The notes beneath the pieces are model-generated. The model did no database searches, was not told where the DNA came from, and saw only the letters and a program-made list of their open reading frames with translations. The position numbers and the translations under genes were made by a program. A DNA stretch of 64,000 nt from Caecitellus pseudoparvulus (lineage: Eukaryota > Protista > Bigyra: Bicosoecida): contig CBFFRQ010000094.1 of NCBI GenBank assembly GCA_965644315.1, positions 1 through 64,000 on the forward strand. The letters run 5' to 3'. This document shows positions 53,473 to 64,000 of this stretch, piece after piece (positions within the stretch are counted from its first letter, which is position 1; each line of letters begins with the position of its first letter).

Positions 53473-56400
53473 TCAGTACACGGGCGCCCATGCCTTCTTG
53501 GCCAATGCTTGGTTCTCGTACCAGACCTTGTCAGCCATCTGCTTCCGAACCCACCCCGAAGCCAAGGTTCGGCCACTGGGATCAGTGCTGCCGAGGGTCA
53601 TGATGCCCATGTCCTGCTCGCGCTGCCGGCGTGCTTGTGACGACTCGGCCGCATCAGCGGCCTCGCGTCGAGCTTTACGGCGCAGGGAAATGGCACGCGA
53701 ACTCGCCTTGTAGAGGTCTTGGGCAACCGAAGCAGGCCCGTGGGGAGGTGTGACAGATGATGGGCTAAAGCTAGTCTTGGTGGTTAGCCGGGGGCTGCGC
53801 GGGGTCGCTGCGCCCACGACGGAAACAGACTCAGAGCGCTGTGCAGCTGCCTTGAGCTGGGCAATTTCGTTCTGCTGAGCCTGGAACTGGCGGACAAAGG
53901 CTGACCACTCAGTCTTTGTGGGAACAGCGTCGCTGGCTGCCAATGCCTCGACGTTGACCGGCGTCGCTGCCGCTTGCTGCTCGTCGGGCGAGAACATGGG
54001 GTTGCGGTTGGTGGGCGCGGTGACTGCAGCCTCTGCCTTCTTGGACAGCTTGCTCTTTGGTTCGTGCTTGCTGGCACAGCAGATGCCCTTCGCTCCAAGC
54101 TCCACGCTCACTTCGTACACAACAACAACCACAAAGTATGCAATGGACGCAACCAGGATGGCCAGCACTGCAAAGGTGACGAAGTCTTTGCTCTCACGTG
54201 CTGATGCTGAGCCTGTGTCCAGGTACCCAGACTCGAACATGATGCCTGACAGGCACACAAAGACAGAGCACGCGAGCAGCACACTCTCGACAGTGTTGTA
54301 GTCAAAGAAGAAATTCTTTGTGGCAGTTCGGGCGTCCAGGCGCCAGCGCGGAGTGCGTCGGTTCTTGGCCAGTGTCTGGTACACAGTGACACGGTCAAGG
54401 TTTGCGTTGATTGCCATGCGCAGCGGATGGCCACTCGCCACGAGCCTTCTGTGCTCCTCCATTTCAGCGTCATAGTCCTTGGGGGACATGTAGGGCTGGA
54501 AGCGCACTTGAGCTGCGTAGGCAACGAACATGACCAGCAGGGCCATGGCCAGCTGGAAGGCAGGGTTCTTGCGGAACATCAGCCCCGTGAATGCGATGAG
54601 GAACTTGCGGCCGATGATGACCAGGATCCAGAACCAGAACATGGGCTTGTACTGGTAGTACAGTTTGTGGAACATCTGGCGGAAAGCGAAGGCATTGGGG
54701 TTAGTAGATGCCTTGTCTCCCAGCCCACTTGCGCGCAGGATTTGGTCCTCCATGGCCACAGTGCGGTTCTTCACCAAGATGAACATGATGAGGAGGGGGT
54801 ACCCCAGCACGTACAAGATGGCAGCAACGATGGCTGGCATCATGAGAGTCTCTTGGATGCCCCCTGGCTTTCCGCACTCTTCGAACACAACCTCAAGGTA
54901 CTCCTTCCCGTCGCTTGGCTCAGTGGGGGAGCAGTTGAACACGTCAAGTACTGTGCGAGTCAGGTACAGGTACAGGTAGTACATCATCATGACCAGCGTG
55001 CCCACATACGACGCGCCGAACTCAGCACGCTTCACCGCGCGGCCCTTCAGCCACATGACCGCCGCACTGAGCGCATGCATGATGCTGAGCACCGTCAGGG
55101 CCATAAGCGGCAGGGTCATTACAAAAGCCCACTTGGTAGTGTAGCTGAGCTCAGGCAGAGCACACTCGGGAGCCGTGATTTCCAAGTTCACGTTGAAGAT
55201 GGAGAGCACATGCAGGATGTCCTTGACAAGGGCTGGCCAGGCGACCTTCGTGCGCGCAAACATTGCGAGGACCTGGAAGTAGTCGACACCAATGGTCATG
55301 AATGCCAAGTTGATCTTGTACTTGGTCAGGGCGTAGCCAAGGGCGCAGGCGCCAACCGCTGCCACAGCGAAGGCAGCCACCAAGATAGCCACATTGTTGG
55401 GGCACTTCACACACTCTCCTGCGCGACGGAAGAACTTGCCGGTGACACAAGATGAGCACCGCTCCCCGGTGTATCCGTATGCGCAGCGGTTGTCTCCCAA
55501 GCAGGACTCGGCTGGCTCACACGGAAGCATGAAGGAGCACTCGGTAGCTTCTGTTTCGGCAGCTTCACTTTGCCGCACTGCTGGGCAGTTCACATCAGCA
55601 ATGGGAGGACTGATGTCGAAGTAGCCTGCCAGGGCAGTGGGAGGGCTCTGTCCTCCAGGGCAGGATGCCCCCACAGGGCATGGCAGGCATGCCTCTCCGT
55701 GGTTGCCGTAAAACCCTGGCTTGCAAGTCAGAACAAAACGGCCATCGGCTGGCAAGACGATAGTGTGTCCTGCAATTTCCACAGTCACCTCCTTGGGACC
55801 AGCCTTGTCTGCGACAGCCGTGCACACCAGGTACGGCTCCGTCTCTGAGGATTCTCGGCGCCACTCAACATCTTCGCAGGCTTTGGAGCCAATGGTCACC
55901 TGCAGCGCAGGGCCCATTTCAGCATTCTCCCCAAAGTTTTTCCCGAAGATGCGGATGGCGCCACCGTTTGCATCTGGGGTGGAGGGGGACATGCCGCTCA
56001 CGACAGGTGGGTCAAAGCTGATGGCCATGTCCTCACCCGCCTCGACAGCCTGCTCACCGACCACAAGCATGACCACGAGCCCTGATCCGAACACATCGGG
56101 ACTTGCCGGCGGCACGTAGCAGTTGATTTCGTTGTGGGAGTAGACGGGGCTTGCCGTGAGGTTGTACACTGGCGTGTCACCGCCGTTGTCAATGCGCTCA
56201 ACGTTGGCTGGGCACTCGACCTTTGCAGACTCAGTGAGCAGTCGACCACTTGCGCTCTTGCGAACAAGGAACACACGCGTGTAGTCCAGTCCTAAGGCAG
56301 TGCTGAGCTCTGGCCGGCCAAGGTTGCTGCCGCGCACTGTGACGACACAGTCAGAGCCAATGCAGGTCTCAGCCCCCTTAGGCCACGTGCCTCCCGTCGG

Positions 56401-59400
56401 AATGGAGGCCGGCACAACCACTTCGCTGACAGCGGGGGGCGCGTAAGCCATTTCCATGAGGATTGGTTCGTTCGTCTGCAGGTCTTTTGCGGGGTTCCCG
56501 TTCACCTCCAGGGACGCCTCCCAACCTGCACCCAGGCCTTCCGGCATCGCAAACTCGACGCTGTCACCAGCCTGCCGGCTTGGCAGGGCAGGAATGCGCC
56601 GCACAAGCTTGGATGACCTGTGCTTAATCACCAGCATGGCTCCCTCACTCCCCAGATCCTTACCTTCCAGCCTGAGCGTGGCGTTGCCTTCTGTGGCAAG
56701 GGGTACGCTTGCCAGGCTGCTTGTTGCCGCGCCGCCCACAGACAGACTTGACATGTTCAATCGGGGAGGGAGGAATGTGAACAGTGTCGATGCGCCCCCT
56801 CGTTGATGCATGTTGTCCAGGAAGTTGCTGCCTTGTCCTGCACGCAGCCGGAGGAAGAATCGCCCTTGGGCCTTGGGCACAGTGCATGCGACACGATCGT
56901 GTGTCCACGTCTGGTGGCTGCAGCGCGGATGCTCAGTCTCCTCTTCACTGCCACTGGCCACGAACTCGAGGGTGCCAGTCGAGCCACTGCCTGAGCCGAA
57001 GTTCGCACCTTGGACAGTGAGCAAGTACCCGCCAGCTGGGTCTGCCTCCACATCTTCCGGAAGGCTCCATGAGTCGATGTGGGGGCGCAAGTACGACAAG
57101 CTCTTGGACTCAACCGACTTCTGCTCCCCAGCAGACACCACAACAGGGTAGTCACTTCCTGTGCCGGCACCGACCTGCACAGTGATCTGAGTATGGTTCC
57201 ACTCCATGACAGTGACTGGCAACCCACCCAGGGATACTTCCGAGGCGGAGGCAGTGAAGGCAGTACTGAGCCCACCTGTTGGTGGCCCAAAGTTCTTGCC
57301 GAGAATAGTAACGATGCCACCCTCGGTTGGGAGTGCCGTTGGGGACACTCGAAGAACAGAGGGAGCATTGTACTGGTATGGGATGGGGGAGGAGCGCTTG
57401 CCGCCTTGCTCAATGTAGATGAAGCCGGAGCCGGCACCTTCTGGCACAGTGCAGCGAACTTGCCACAGGTCTGAGGTGGAATCCACTTGCGCAGGGTACC
57501 CATCCACCATGCGGCACTGCTCCGTCATCACATACACCTTGACGTCCTTGGTCCATGCCTGCCCGAACAGCTCCAGTTGATCGGTGCCATCTGTGTTAAA
57601 TCGGTACACTCTCTGCGTTGAGGTGCTGCCGGGATCCTGCACCTTTGGTGCATCGATGTGGAAAGCCATGTGGTTGCTGGCAAGCAGCCCGTCTGACGTT
57701 CGGGTCACAAACCAGAGGTTCGCTGCCACCGGGGGCACGTCACGGCATGTCACAGCCTCCTGCATGCCATCCCACTCAACGCCAGAGCACTTCGTCAGTT
57801 GCTTGCCCTGCTCCACGGAGGTGTCAGCGGTCAGCATGCACTCCGTCTGGGGACAAGCCCTGACCATAGGGCTGTCACCCAAGTTTCGCCCGATGAGGGT
57901 GAGAGTGTAGGTGGAGTTTGTCTTGACGCTGCGCACGCCGGCAAGCGTCGGCCTGGCGTACGAAATCTCGATGCGGTTGGACTCAAACTCGGACAGCGCT
58001 CCCTTCTCGCCCTCAAGCCGCACGACAACGGAGACTTTGGCTGTACCTGTGCCCGCTGGCATGGTAAACTTCACCCAGAATCCACTTGAATGGGCGCCAT
58101 CCGCTGGCACCTCCTCGCCATTCACCTTCACAAATGTCGTCTCGGCGCTGAAGCCCAGGCCAGATCCGCGAAGCTCTACGCTGGTGCCTCCCATTGTAAG
58201 CAGGTTGCTAGCAGGGGAAGCGGTGTCGATGGTGGGTGGCTCGTAGGAGAATGATGAAGCTTCTGAAGCAGCTGACCACTGCTCCGCAATCTTCACGTAC
58301 AGTGGAAGGTTAGACCCAACACCAGGGGGGACATAGGGGCACTCAATGTTGGCATCATCGACGAGGAAGCAGCCATCCAGGTCAACCATAGGCGAGCTGA
58401 AGGCCACCCGTTCCAAAAACGATTCGTCCCCGGCTGGGGAAGAGAAGTACTTGCCGATAATTCGAAGCTTGTCCCCTCCAGCAGGCTTGGCACGTGGCCG
58501 CTCGGCACCCGTAGCGTCCATGATGACGACGCTGTTGACCACTGGCTCATGGTAGCGAGTAGAGGGCGTACGCGAAGCAAGCCCAGCAACACGAACGGAC
58601 CATTGCAGGTTCTTTCCAGCACCAGGTGCGGTGACGCACTCCAGCTCGGTGTGTGGCACTGACACTCGGCATGAAGTAGCTTGGAAAGCGTACCTGCCCT
58701 CACCGTCCACCTCATCAGCTGGCCCATACTGCACATCAATGGCGGCACCGGACGAGGATGGTCCAAAGTTGTCGCCAGAGATAACGACAGTTTGTCCGCC
58801 GGCTGTGTCTTTCGAAGTCGACTCGGAGCGACCCTTGACCGCGACGGCGTTCACAACAGGGGGGGCGTACCCCACCTTCACAGGGACGGCAGCGCTCTCT
58901 TGGTTTGACACAATGACTTGCAAGGAGAAGTCTGAACCCGTGCCCTGCGGAAGGGTGCAGGTCAGTCGCTTGTCGGCTGTCGTGACTGAGCAGGAAACGG
59001 CCACCATGCCTGATGTGTCAGCCGAAGGCGACATGGCCAGCAAGCTGGAAGAGCTGCCCAGATCTCTTCCGAGCACAACCACAGCCCCGCTGCCCTCAGC
59101 TCCGAACGAGGACCCAGACACAATGAAGGAGCAGCCACCTGCTGTGCCACACTCTTCGCCGCCCTCCACCTTCTCCACAACTGGCGCAGCGTACGAGAAC
59201 ACCTCGCCCAAAGTGCCAATGCGGCCATCGAAGGAGATGGTCACGTCGAGATCGCGCCCAACACCGGCCGGAGTGGTGCACTTAATGATTGACAGTCGGT
59301 GGTCCGGCGCGCCCAGGCTCGGGTGCTCGCTTTCGTCGGCGTACGCACAGAACTCCATGGCGGTCGGAGACCCGCCGCCCTCTGCGTTGGAAATGAAAAT

Positions 59401-62400
59401 GTGGCCAGGGAAAGCACTTCCGGAATCCTGCCGTCCAAATTCGGACCCAACGACGAGAACGGGCTCACCTCCCCCTGTGCTAAAAGTCCTGGGCGAGGCA
59501 GCCACCAAGCTGACCACCTCCATGATCGACGGGAGCTCGAACGTGGGGCGCTCACCAACTGACGCAATCAAGTTCGACCGCACGCTCGAGTCAGTCACAG
59601 ATTGCAAGCTGAACTGCGTGAAGTCATCTGAAACCATGTTTGCTGGAGTCTCGCACTCAGCTGCGGAAGCCGTCACAGTGCAGAACAAATCTGCCGTCTG
59701 GCGGAGCGCGGGTCCGCGGAGCAGGCTCCAAACAGTGCCCACTGGTCCGAAGTTGGAGCCTGTGAGTGTAATGATATCGCCACCCATGGACGATAGCGCT
59801 TTTGTTGCGCTGAGGGTGAGAGTTGCAATCCTGGGGAAGGCATACGACACTCGCAGGGCGGCTGACTCTGCAGTCGTGGGACCGACTGACACACGGAAAA
59901 TGAAAGTGCTAGACATTGCGAACCCATCTTGCGTGCCAGAGCATACGACCTCTTTGTTTGAGGTGATGCGCACAAAGCACTCCAGTGCCCTGAACTCTGT
60001 GCCAGTTGGGCCAAACGTCACAGTCGCAGGCGTTGGGCGTGCGCCTTCCGCAGGGGAAAGGACAGGCCCGAAGTTCGCCCCGCTGATCAACAAAACTGTG
60101 TCATCACCCGCAGTTGGCATGGCTGTAAGCGAGGCGCTGTACTGGGTGACATCCACGGCCGTTACTACCATGTCGTCAACGTCTTCTACGTTCACAGTCA
60201 AGCTGTGAGAGGACTGCTCGCCGTGAATGTCAGTTACAAGGACTGTAATTGTGTGCTTCGATGAGGCTTCAAAGTCTAGGGGGACGGCCAGTGACACTTC
60301 GCCTGACAAGGCTCCGATGCGGAAGAAGCTAGCATCGGCACTGCCGAGCAAAGAGAACTCAACAGCATCACCATCTCTGTCAGCGGCCGCCAGCGTGAAC
60401 AGGGTGCTGCCAACAGAAAGATCTTCGCGGACTACGATTGGGGAAGATGGCGCGTCAATGAACTCGGGTGCGTCATTCTCATCCACCACCATAATGGTGC
60501 AGGCCGCTGTCGTGGTCGCGCCTGTCTTGTCCGTCGCATGCAGCTCCCCAGACACCTCCGACTCTGACAGGTAGTCCAGTTCAACTCCTGAGGCCACCTC
60601 AATGGAAATCTTGCCCCGAGAGTCTTTGGACAGCACAAAGGAGTCTAACCCTGTGGCTGTGAGCGAAACCTCATCGTCTTTGTCTTGGTCAAACACGGAC
60701 ATCTCTGGCAGTTCACTCAGCATCGCGTCACGCGAGACACGAGTGCCAGCTGTGGCAGCCTCGCCGATGTACACCGTGTACCGTGGAGTGTTGAAGCGAG
60801 GCTCGTCGTTTGCATCTTCGATGTTCACGTACAGTGTTCGAGTGGCCGAGGTGAGCACGTCGTCACTGTCTCTCAGCACGTCCTTGCACTGCACCTGGAG
60901 CACCTGCCTGCTGCGCTGCTCGTAGTCCAGCAGGGCTGGATCGCGCACGAGGACGTCCACCCTTGAGGTGGTCCCGTCACGGATAGGAGACGCAAGCTTA
61001 AAGGCAGAGGCGCTTTCGTCCATGAGCACACACTGCACGTCGTCGCCGTTCGAGTCTTCCACTGTGAAGTGCCCTGCCTTGGCGTGAGCGGCAGAGTTCT
61101 CCACAACTGAAAGGTCGGCTTCAAGTGCAATGACTGGCCGCCTGTTCGTTGCAGCCAGCACGACAGTAACATCTGCTTCTGCAGAGAGCCCTCCCGAGTC
61201 TGTCACCTCAACACGCATGCTGTATGACGGAACCGAGCCATCGGCAAAGGAATCGCGGTCCGGGTCAGTCACCACCAGCATGTCTTTGCTGACCGCGAAC
61301 AAGCCGTCAGCATCTCCGCTGATCAATTTGAAGGTGAATGCATCCTTGCATGCTGAGGGGCTGGGACAGTCATCGTCCTTGACAAAGCCCATGAGCTCAG
61401 CACGCATCGCTTCACCCGCCACCGTGACGATGCGCACAGGCTCAACGAACGATGGCGGCTCGTTGACATCTAGCACAGTTACGAGCACAGTTCCTGAGAC
61501 TGACAAGGATCCAGCATCTTCCACTGTCACCGCCAGGGACAGTGCTGGTGTGGCCTCAAAGTCGACTTCGCCTGCGTCGATGTGCAGCGTGGCAAGGCGC
61601 GAATCCGCCTCATTTGGCACGATGCTCAGCTCAGATGAAGCAACTGTCCAGGTGAAGGAGTCGCCAGCATCAGCATCGGTGACAGCCAAGTGGCAGGAAG
61701 TTGGCCCAGGCAGGGCACTCTCGCTCACACTGCAATGACTCGTTTCCAGGACCGGCGCCTCGTTGACGTCTGTCACAGAGATTGTTGCTGTGACCTCTGC
61801 AGAGAGGCCCTTCGCATCAATGGCTCGCACTTGCAGGGAGTGGATGTTCGAGACGGATGCAGATTCATAGTCCAAGGTGGCGAGGCGCAGCTGAACGACC
61901 CCGTCTGCGGAGATGGCGAACAGCGGACTTGGCCTGGCGAGGACAAAGCGGAGAGCGTCCCCTGCATCAACATCTGTCACCAGGGGAGCCATGTCGATCA
62001 CTTCACTTCCAATCGTTGCTGTTTCCGGCACGGTTGCTTTGATGGGCTCTGCTGTCCAAACAGGCACCTCGTTGACATCCACCAGCTCCACCGTCACCAC
62101 TCCCGACCTTGGCTCAGAGTCCATGCCAACGTCAACCACGCGCACCTCCACGTCAAAGGCAGCACCCAAGGCAGAGATTGCTTCACTTTCATAGTCGAGC
62201 ATGCGGCACGCTTCAGTGGCAAGGCGCAGCACGCCAGTGGACTCGTCCACAGTCAAGTACTCCGAGAACGGAGACGGCGCAAGAGAGAAGGTGTACCTCA
62301 TGAAGGCTGCAGGCTGCGTGGGGAACGTTGTGTCCTCGTCGGACACAGCAACAGAGCCAATGGTGAGCGCTCGTGGCGCACCCGTCGGCGACAAGCACTC

Positions 62401-64000
62401 GGGCACAGCAAACACCTGCCCGTCAACGATGCTCACAGGGTCGTTGGCGTCTGTGAGCCTCACCTGCACAGTCCCAAGACCTTCCTTCCCTGACGCATCG
62501 TTGATACGAATGGGGATGGAAATAGGACCAGTGGAGGCTTCAAAGTTCAACACAGCGGCCTGGGCAGCGCGGGCAGCGTCGGTGCTTGCATCTGCGATGG
62601 ACAACTCCCCGGTGGCTGGGTGAATAGACCAGACCAGAGCGGCTGAGGATGATGCGATGGAGAACACCAGGGTCGCAGGGTCTGAGTCTGGATCGGCAGC
62701 AGAGAGGAAAGCAACATGTGTCCCTGGTTCTGGGGACTCAGACACCTCCAACACTTTACCATCCTCTACGAGTACTGGCGCCTCTGGAACATCCTCCACG
62801 GCCACACGGATGGTGCTGACTGCGCACAGAGCACCAGGGTCGCATGCACGAATACGCAAGTTAAACTCCGGTTTCGTTTCAAAGTCCAACTCTTTGTCTC
62901 CAATCACGGCAAGGTTGCCGCACGAGATCGTCCACACGCTGGACTCGTCCAGCAAAGCCCACGAGAGGTCGGCGCCCTCGGGATCCGAGGCAAGGGAGGT
63001 CAGATCCATGGGTTTGACCGGCCCTTCCTTGACGTAAATGTCACTCCTCTCAAAGGTTGGTGGCTCGTTCACATTGGTGACGGAAATGCGTGCCGCACCC
63101 TCCACAACGTGGTCGCCGTCTGTTACTGACACGACCATGGGGTGCACATTGTGCACCAACTCTTCGAAGTCAAGCTCAACGCCCTCCATGAGCGTGAAGA
63201 CTCCTGCTGGGCTGAGGTGGAAGAAAGATGAACTAGAAACCATGGAGAAGCGGAGCGTAGTTCCCAAGTCCTCGTCAGTCGCAACAAGCACGCCATCCAC
63301 CGCGTCACCTGCAGACGCTGTCTCAGGAATCGTCAGCTTGAACTCGGCGGATGCGAGTTTGGGTGCCTCGGGCACATCACCCACATTCACCTGCAGTGTG
63401 GTCTCGGACACAACATCCAAGTTGCAGGCATCGGACACCGACAGTGCCAACTTGAGCTCTCGCTTCTCTTCAAAGTTCAGGGAGGCCCCGCTTGACACCG
63501 TCACCAAGCCCCTTGTGCCATCTAGAGTGATCCAAGGATTATCTTCCAGTGTGAAGAGCAGCAGACCACACTCGCCCACATCTGGATCGCGTGCATGGAG
63601 GTCAAGTCTGAACTGCTCTCCAGCTTCGGAGTTCTCCGGAATCGTCACCGACGGCGTGGCGTGGAACGCTGGTGGCTCGTTCACATCCAGCACCTGGATC
63701 AGAACTGCCGCCGAATCGGAGGAACCTGCTGAGTCCGTGGCTGTGATGGCTACGCCAATTGTGGGCGTGTACTCATGATTCAGGCTCACGCCCTCCACCA
63801 GGGACAGCACGCCGGTGCTTGATTCAATGGTCAGGGAGCTGCGCACGACCGTGGCCAGAGCGGCATTGGGACCGCAGAGGCTCTTCACAATGGACCCTGG
63901 CGAACGCACTTGAAGCTTCGTGAACAGGGATGGCGACACAACACCAACAGGAGGGCTGGTGAACAGGTCGGATGCCCCGTCAGCGGACCTGGAGGAGCCA
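53473..64000 (-). CDS. Giant cadherin + IPT/TIG + Cys-rich + ~9-TM receptor with C-terminal WW-like domain (>3500 aa, 5' end outside the window)
   Basis: About 12 cadherin linkers (DVNEPP, DVPEAP, DANDEP, DENDAP) with LDFE/LDYE and DxD motifs. More than 10 IPT repeats (GG..ITLTGSNFG), CLPCPVGASC, CAYGYTGERCSSC, and 9-10 hydrophobic helices. The frame is open to the window edge. Confidence 0.95.
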   Translation of the reverse strand, partial: GSSRSADGASDLFTSPPVGVVSPSLFTKLQVRSPGSIVKSLCGPNAALATVVRSSLTIESSTGVLSLVEGVSLNHEYTPTIGVAITATDSAGSSDSAAVLIQVLDVNEPPAFHATPSVTIPENSEAGEQFRLDLHARDPDVGECGLLLFTLEDNPWITLDGTRGLVTVSSGASLNFEEKRELKLALSVSDACNLDVVSETTLQVNVGDVPEAPKLASAEFKLTIPETASAGDAVDGVLVATDEDLGTTLRFSMVSSSSFFHLSPAGVFTLMEGVELDFEELVHNVHPMVVSVTDGDHVVEGAARISVTNVNEPPTFERSDIYVKEGPVKPMDLTSLASDPEGADLSWALLDESSVWTISCGNLAVIGDKELDFETKPEFNLRIRACDPGALCAVSTIRVAVEDVPEAPVLVEDGKVLEVSESPEPGTHVAFLSAADPDSDPATLVFSIASSSAALVWSIHPATGELSIADASTDAARAAQAAVLNFEASTGPISIPIRINDASGKEGLGTVQVRLTDANDPVSIVDGQVFAVPECLSPTGAPRALTIGSVAVSDEDTTFPTQPAAFMRYTFSLAPSPFSEYLTVDESTGVLRLATEACRMLDYESEAISALGAAFDVEVRVVDVGMDSEPRSGVVTVELVDVNEVPVWTAEPIKATVPETATIGSEVIDMAPLVTDVDAGDALRFVLARPSPLFAISADGVVQLRLATLDYESASVSNIHSLQVRAIDAKGLSAEVTATISVTDVNEAPVLETSHCSVSESALPGPTSCHLAVTDADAGDSFTWTVASSELSIVPNEADSRLATLHIDAGEVDFEATPALSLAVTVEDAGSLSVSGTVLVTVLDVNEPPSFVEPVRIVTVAGEAMRAELMGFVKDDDCPSPSACKDAFTFKLISGDADGLFAVSKDMLVVTDPDRDSFADGSVPSYSMRVEVTDSGGLSAEADVTVVLAATNRRPVIALEADLSVVENSAAHAKAGHFTVEDSNGDDVQCVLMDESASAFKLASPIRDGTTSRVDVLVRDPALLDYEQRSRQVLQVQCKDVLRDSDDVLTSATRTLYVNIEDANDEPRFNTPRYTVYIGEAATAGTRVSRDAMLSELPEMSVFDQDKDDEVSLTATGLDSFVLSKDSRGKISIEVASGVELDYLSESEVSGELHATDKTGATTTAACTIMVVDENDAPEFIDAPSSPIVVREDLSVGSTLFTLAAADRDGDAVEFSLLGSADASFFRIGALSGEVSLAVPLDFEASSKHTITVLVTDIHGEQSSHSLTVNVEDVDDMVVTAVDVTQYSASLTAMPTAGDDTVLLISGANFGPVLSPAEGARPTPATVTFGPTGTEFRALECFVRITSNKEVVCSGTQDGFAMSSTFIFRVSVGPTTAESAALRVSYAFPRIATLTLSATKALSSMGGDIITLTGSNFGPVGTVWSLLRGPALRQTADLFCTVTASAAECETPANMVSDDFTQFSLQSVTDSSVRSNLIASVGERPTFELPSIMEVVSLVAASPRTFSTGGGEPVLVVGSEFGRQDSGSAFPGHIFISNAEGGGSPTAMEFCAYADESEHPSLGAPDHRLSIIKCTTPAGVGRDLDVTISFDGRIGTLGEVFSYAAPVVEKVEGGEECGTAGGCSFIVSGSSFGAEGSGAVVVLGRDLGSSSSLLAMSPSADTSGMVAVSCSVTTADKRLTCTLPQGTGSDFSLQVIVSNQESAAVPVKVGYAPPVVNAVAVKGRSESTSKDTAGGQTVVISGDNFGPSSSGAAIDVQYGPADEVDGEGRYAFQATSCRVSVPHTELECVTAPGAGKNLQWSVRVAGLASRTPSTRYHEPVVNSVVIMDATGAERPRAKPAGGDKLRIIGKYFSSPAGDESFLERVAFSSPMVDLDGCFLVDDANIECPYVPPGVGSNLPLYVKIAEQWSAASEASSFSYEPPTIDTASPASNLLTMGGTSVELRGSGLGFSAETTFVKVNGEEVPADGAHSSGFWVKFTMPAGTGTAKVSVVVRLEGEKGALSEFESNRIEISYARPTLAGVRSVKTNSTYTLTLIGRNLGDSPMVRACPQTECMLTADTSVEQGKQLTKCSGVEWDGMQEAVTCRDVPPVAANLWFVTRTSDGLLASNHMAFHIDAPKVQDPGSTSTQRVYRFNTDGTDQLELFGQAWTKDVKVYVMTEQCRMVDGYPAQVDSTSDLWQVRCTVPEGAGSGFIYIEQGGKRSSPIPYQYNAPSVLRVSPTALPTEGGIVTILGKNFGPPTGGLSTAFTASASEVSLGGLPVTVMEWNHTQITVQVGAGTGSDYPVVVSAGEQKSVESKSLSYLRPHIDSWSLPEDVEADPAGGYLLTVQGANFGSGSGSTGTLEFVASGSEEETEHPRCSHQTWTHDRVACTVPKAQGRFFLRLRAGQGSNFLDNMHQRGGASTLFTFLPPRLNMSSLSVGGAATSSLASVPLATEGNATLRLEGKDLGSEGAMLVIKHRSSKLVRRIPALPSRQAGDSVEFAMPEGLGAGWEASLEVNGNPAKDLQTNEPILMEMAYAPPAVSEVVVPASIPTGGTWPKGAETCIGSDCVVTVRGSNLGRPELSTALGLDYTRVFLVRKSASGRLLTESAKVECPANVERIDNGGDTPVYNLTASPVYSHNEINCYVPPASPDVFGSGLVVMLVVGEQAVEAGEDMAISFDPPVVSGMSPSTPDANGGAIRIFGKNFGENAEMGPALQVTIGSKACEDVEWRRESSETEPYLVCTAVADKAGPKEVTVEIAGHTIVLPADGRFVLTCKPGFYGNHGEACLPCPVGASCPGGQSPPTALAGYFDISPPIADVNCPAVRQSEAAETEATECSFMLPCEPAESCLGDNRCAYGYTGERCSSCVTGKFFRRAGECVKCPNNVAILVAAFAVAAVGACALGYALTKYKINLAFMTIGVDYFQVLAMFARTKVAWPALVKDILHVLSIFNVNLEITAPECALPELSYTTKWAFVMTLPLMALTVLSIMHALSAAVMWLKGRAVKRAEFGASYVGTLVMMMYYLYLYLTRTVLDVFNCSPTEPSDGKEYLEVVFEECGKPGGIQETLMMPAIVAAILYVLGYPLLIMFILVKNRTVAMEDQILRASGLGDKASTNPNAFAFRQMFHKLYYQYKPMFWFWILVIIGRKFLIAFTGLMFRKNPAFQLAMALLVMFVAYAAQVRFQPYMSPKDYDAEMEEHRRLVASGHPLRMAINANLDRVTVYQTLAKNRRTPRWRLDARTATKNFFFDYNTVESVLLACSVFVCLSGIMFESGYLDTGSASARESKDFVTFAVLAILVASIAYFVVVVVYEVSVELGAKGICCASKHEPKSKLSKKAEAAVTAPTNRNPMFSPDEQQAAATPVNVEALAASDAVPTKTEWSAFVRQFQAQQNEIAQLKAAAQRSESVSVVGAATPRSPRLTTKTSFSPSSVTPPHGPASVAQDLYKASSRAISLRRKARREAADAAESSQARRQREQDMGIMTLGSTDPSGRTLASGWVRKQMADKVWYENQALAKKAWAPVY

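Noticed and set aside
53012-53491. 159-aa minus-strand ORF between the RING and cadherin genes
   Set aside because: No recognisable motif, and it overlaps both neighbours, so it is likely UTR or promoter sequence.

Overview
Compact, GC-rich eukaryotic (protist) genomic DNA. It has short 60-76 nt GT-AG introns, small intergenic gaps and about 19 protein-coding genes. The gene content is compatible with a flagellated stramenopile, but that assignment is inference. The 6.1 kb array of 105-bp repeats at the left edge is coding on the MINUS strand, in an ORF absent from the supplied track. It encodes a giant SAXO/MAP6(STOP)-type Mn-motif microtubule-binding protein starting at 7236, with 8 diverged and at least 58 identical 35-aa repeats. 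Within the first 17 kb this gene lies near tubulin cofactor E, a TTLL1-like glutamylase and a vasohibin detyrosinase (the last two head-to-head), forming a candidate tubulin-code cluster. Other genes are a hidden 3-exon F-box protein, a Rae1-like WD40 protein with a (GIGMGQTG)21 N-terminus, CK2 beta, a possibly secreted PPP-type phosphatase, cytochrome b561, ABCF, AspRS, a DBHS (NONO/SFPQ)-like protein, POLR3H, a ~5400-aa HECT ligase with Tudor/SPRY/PA domains, a receptor-like RING-H2 ligase, and a >3500-aa cadherin-IPT multipass receptor with a C-terminal WW-like domain. I saw no RNA genes, CRISPR arrays or mobile elements. All family calls come from motif recognition by eye, not database searches.
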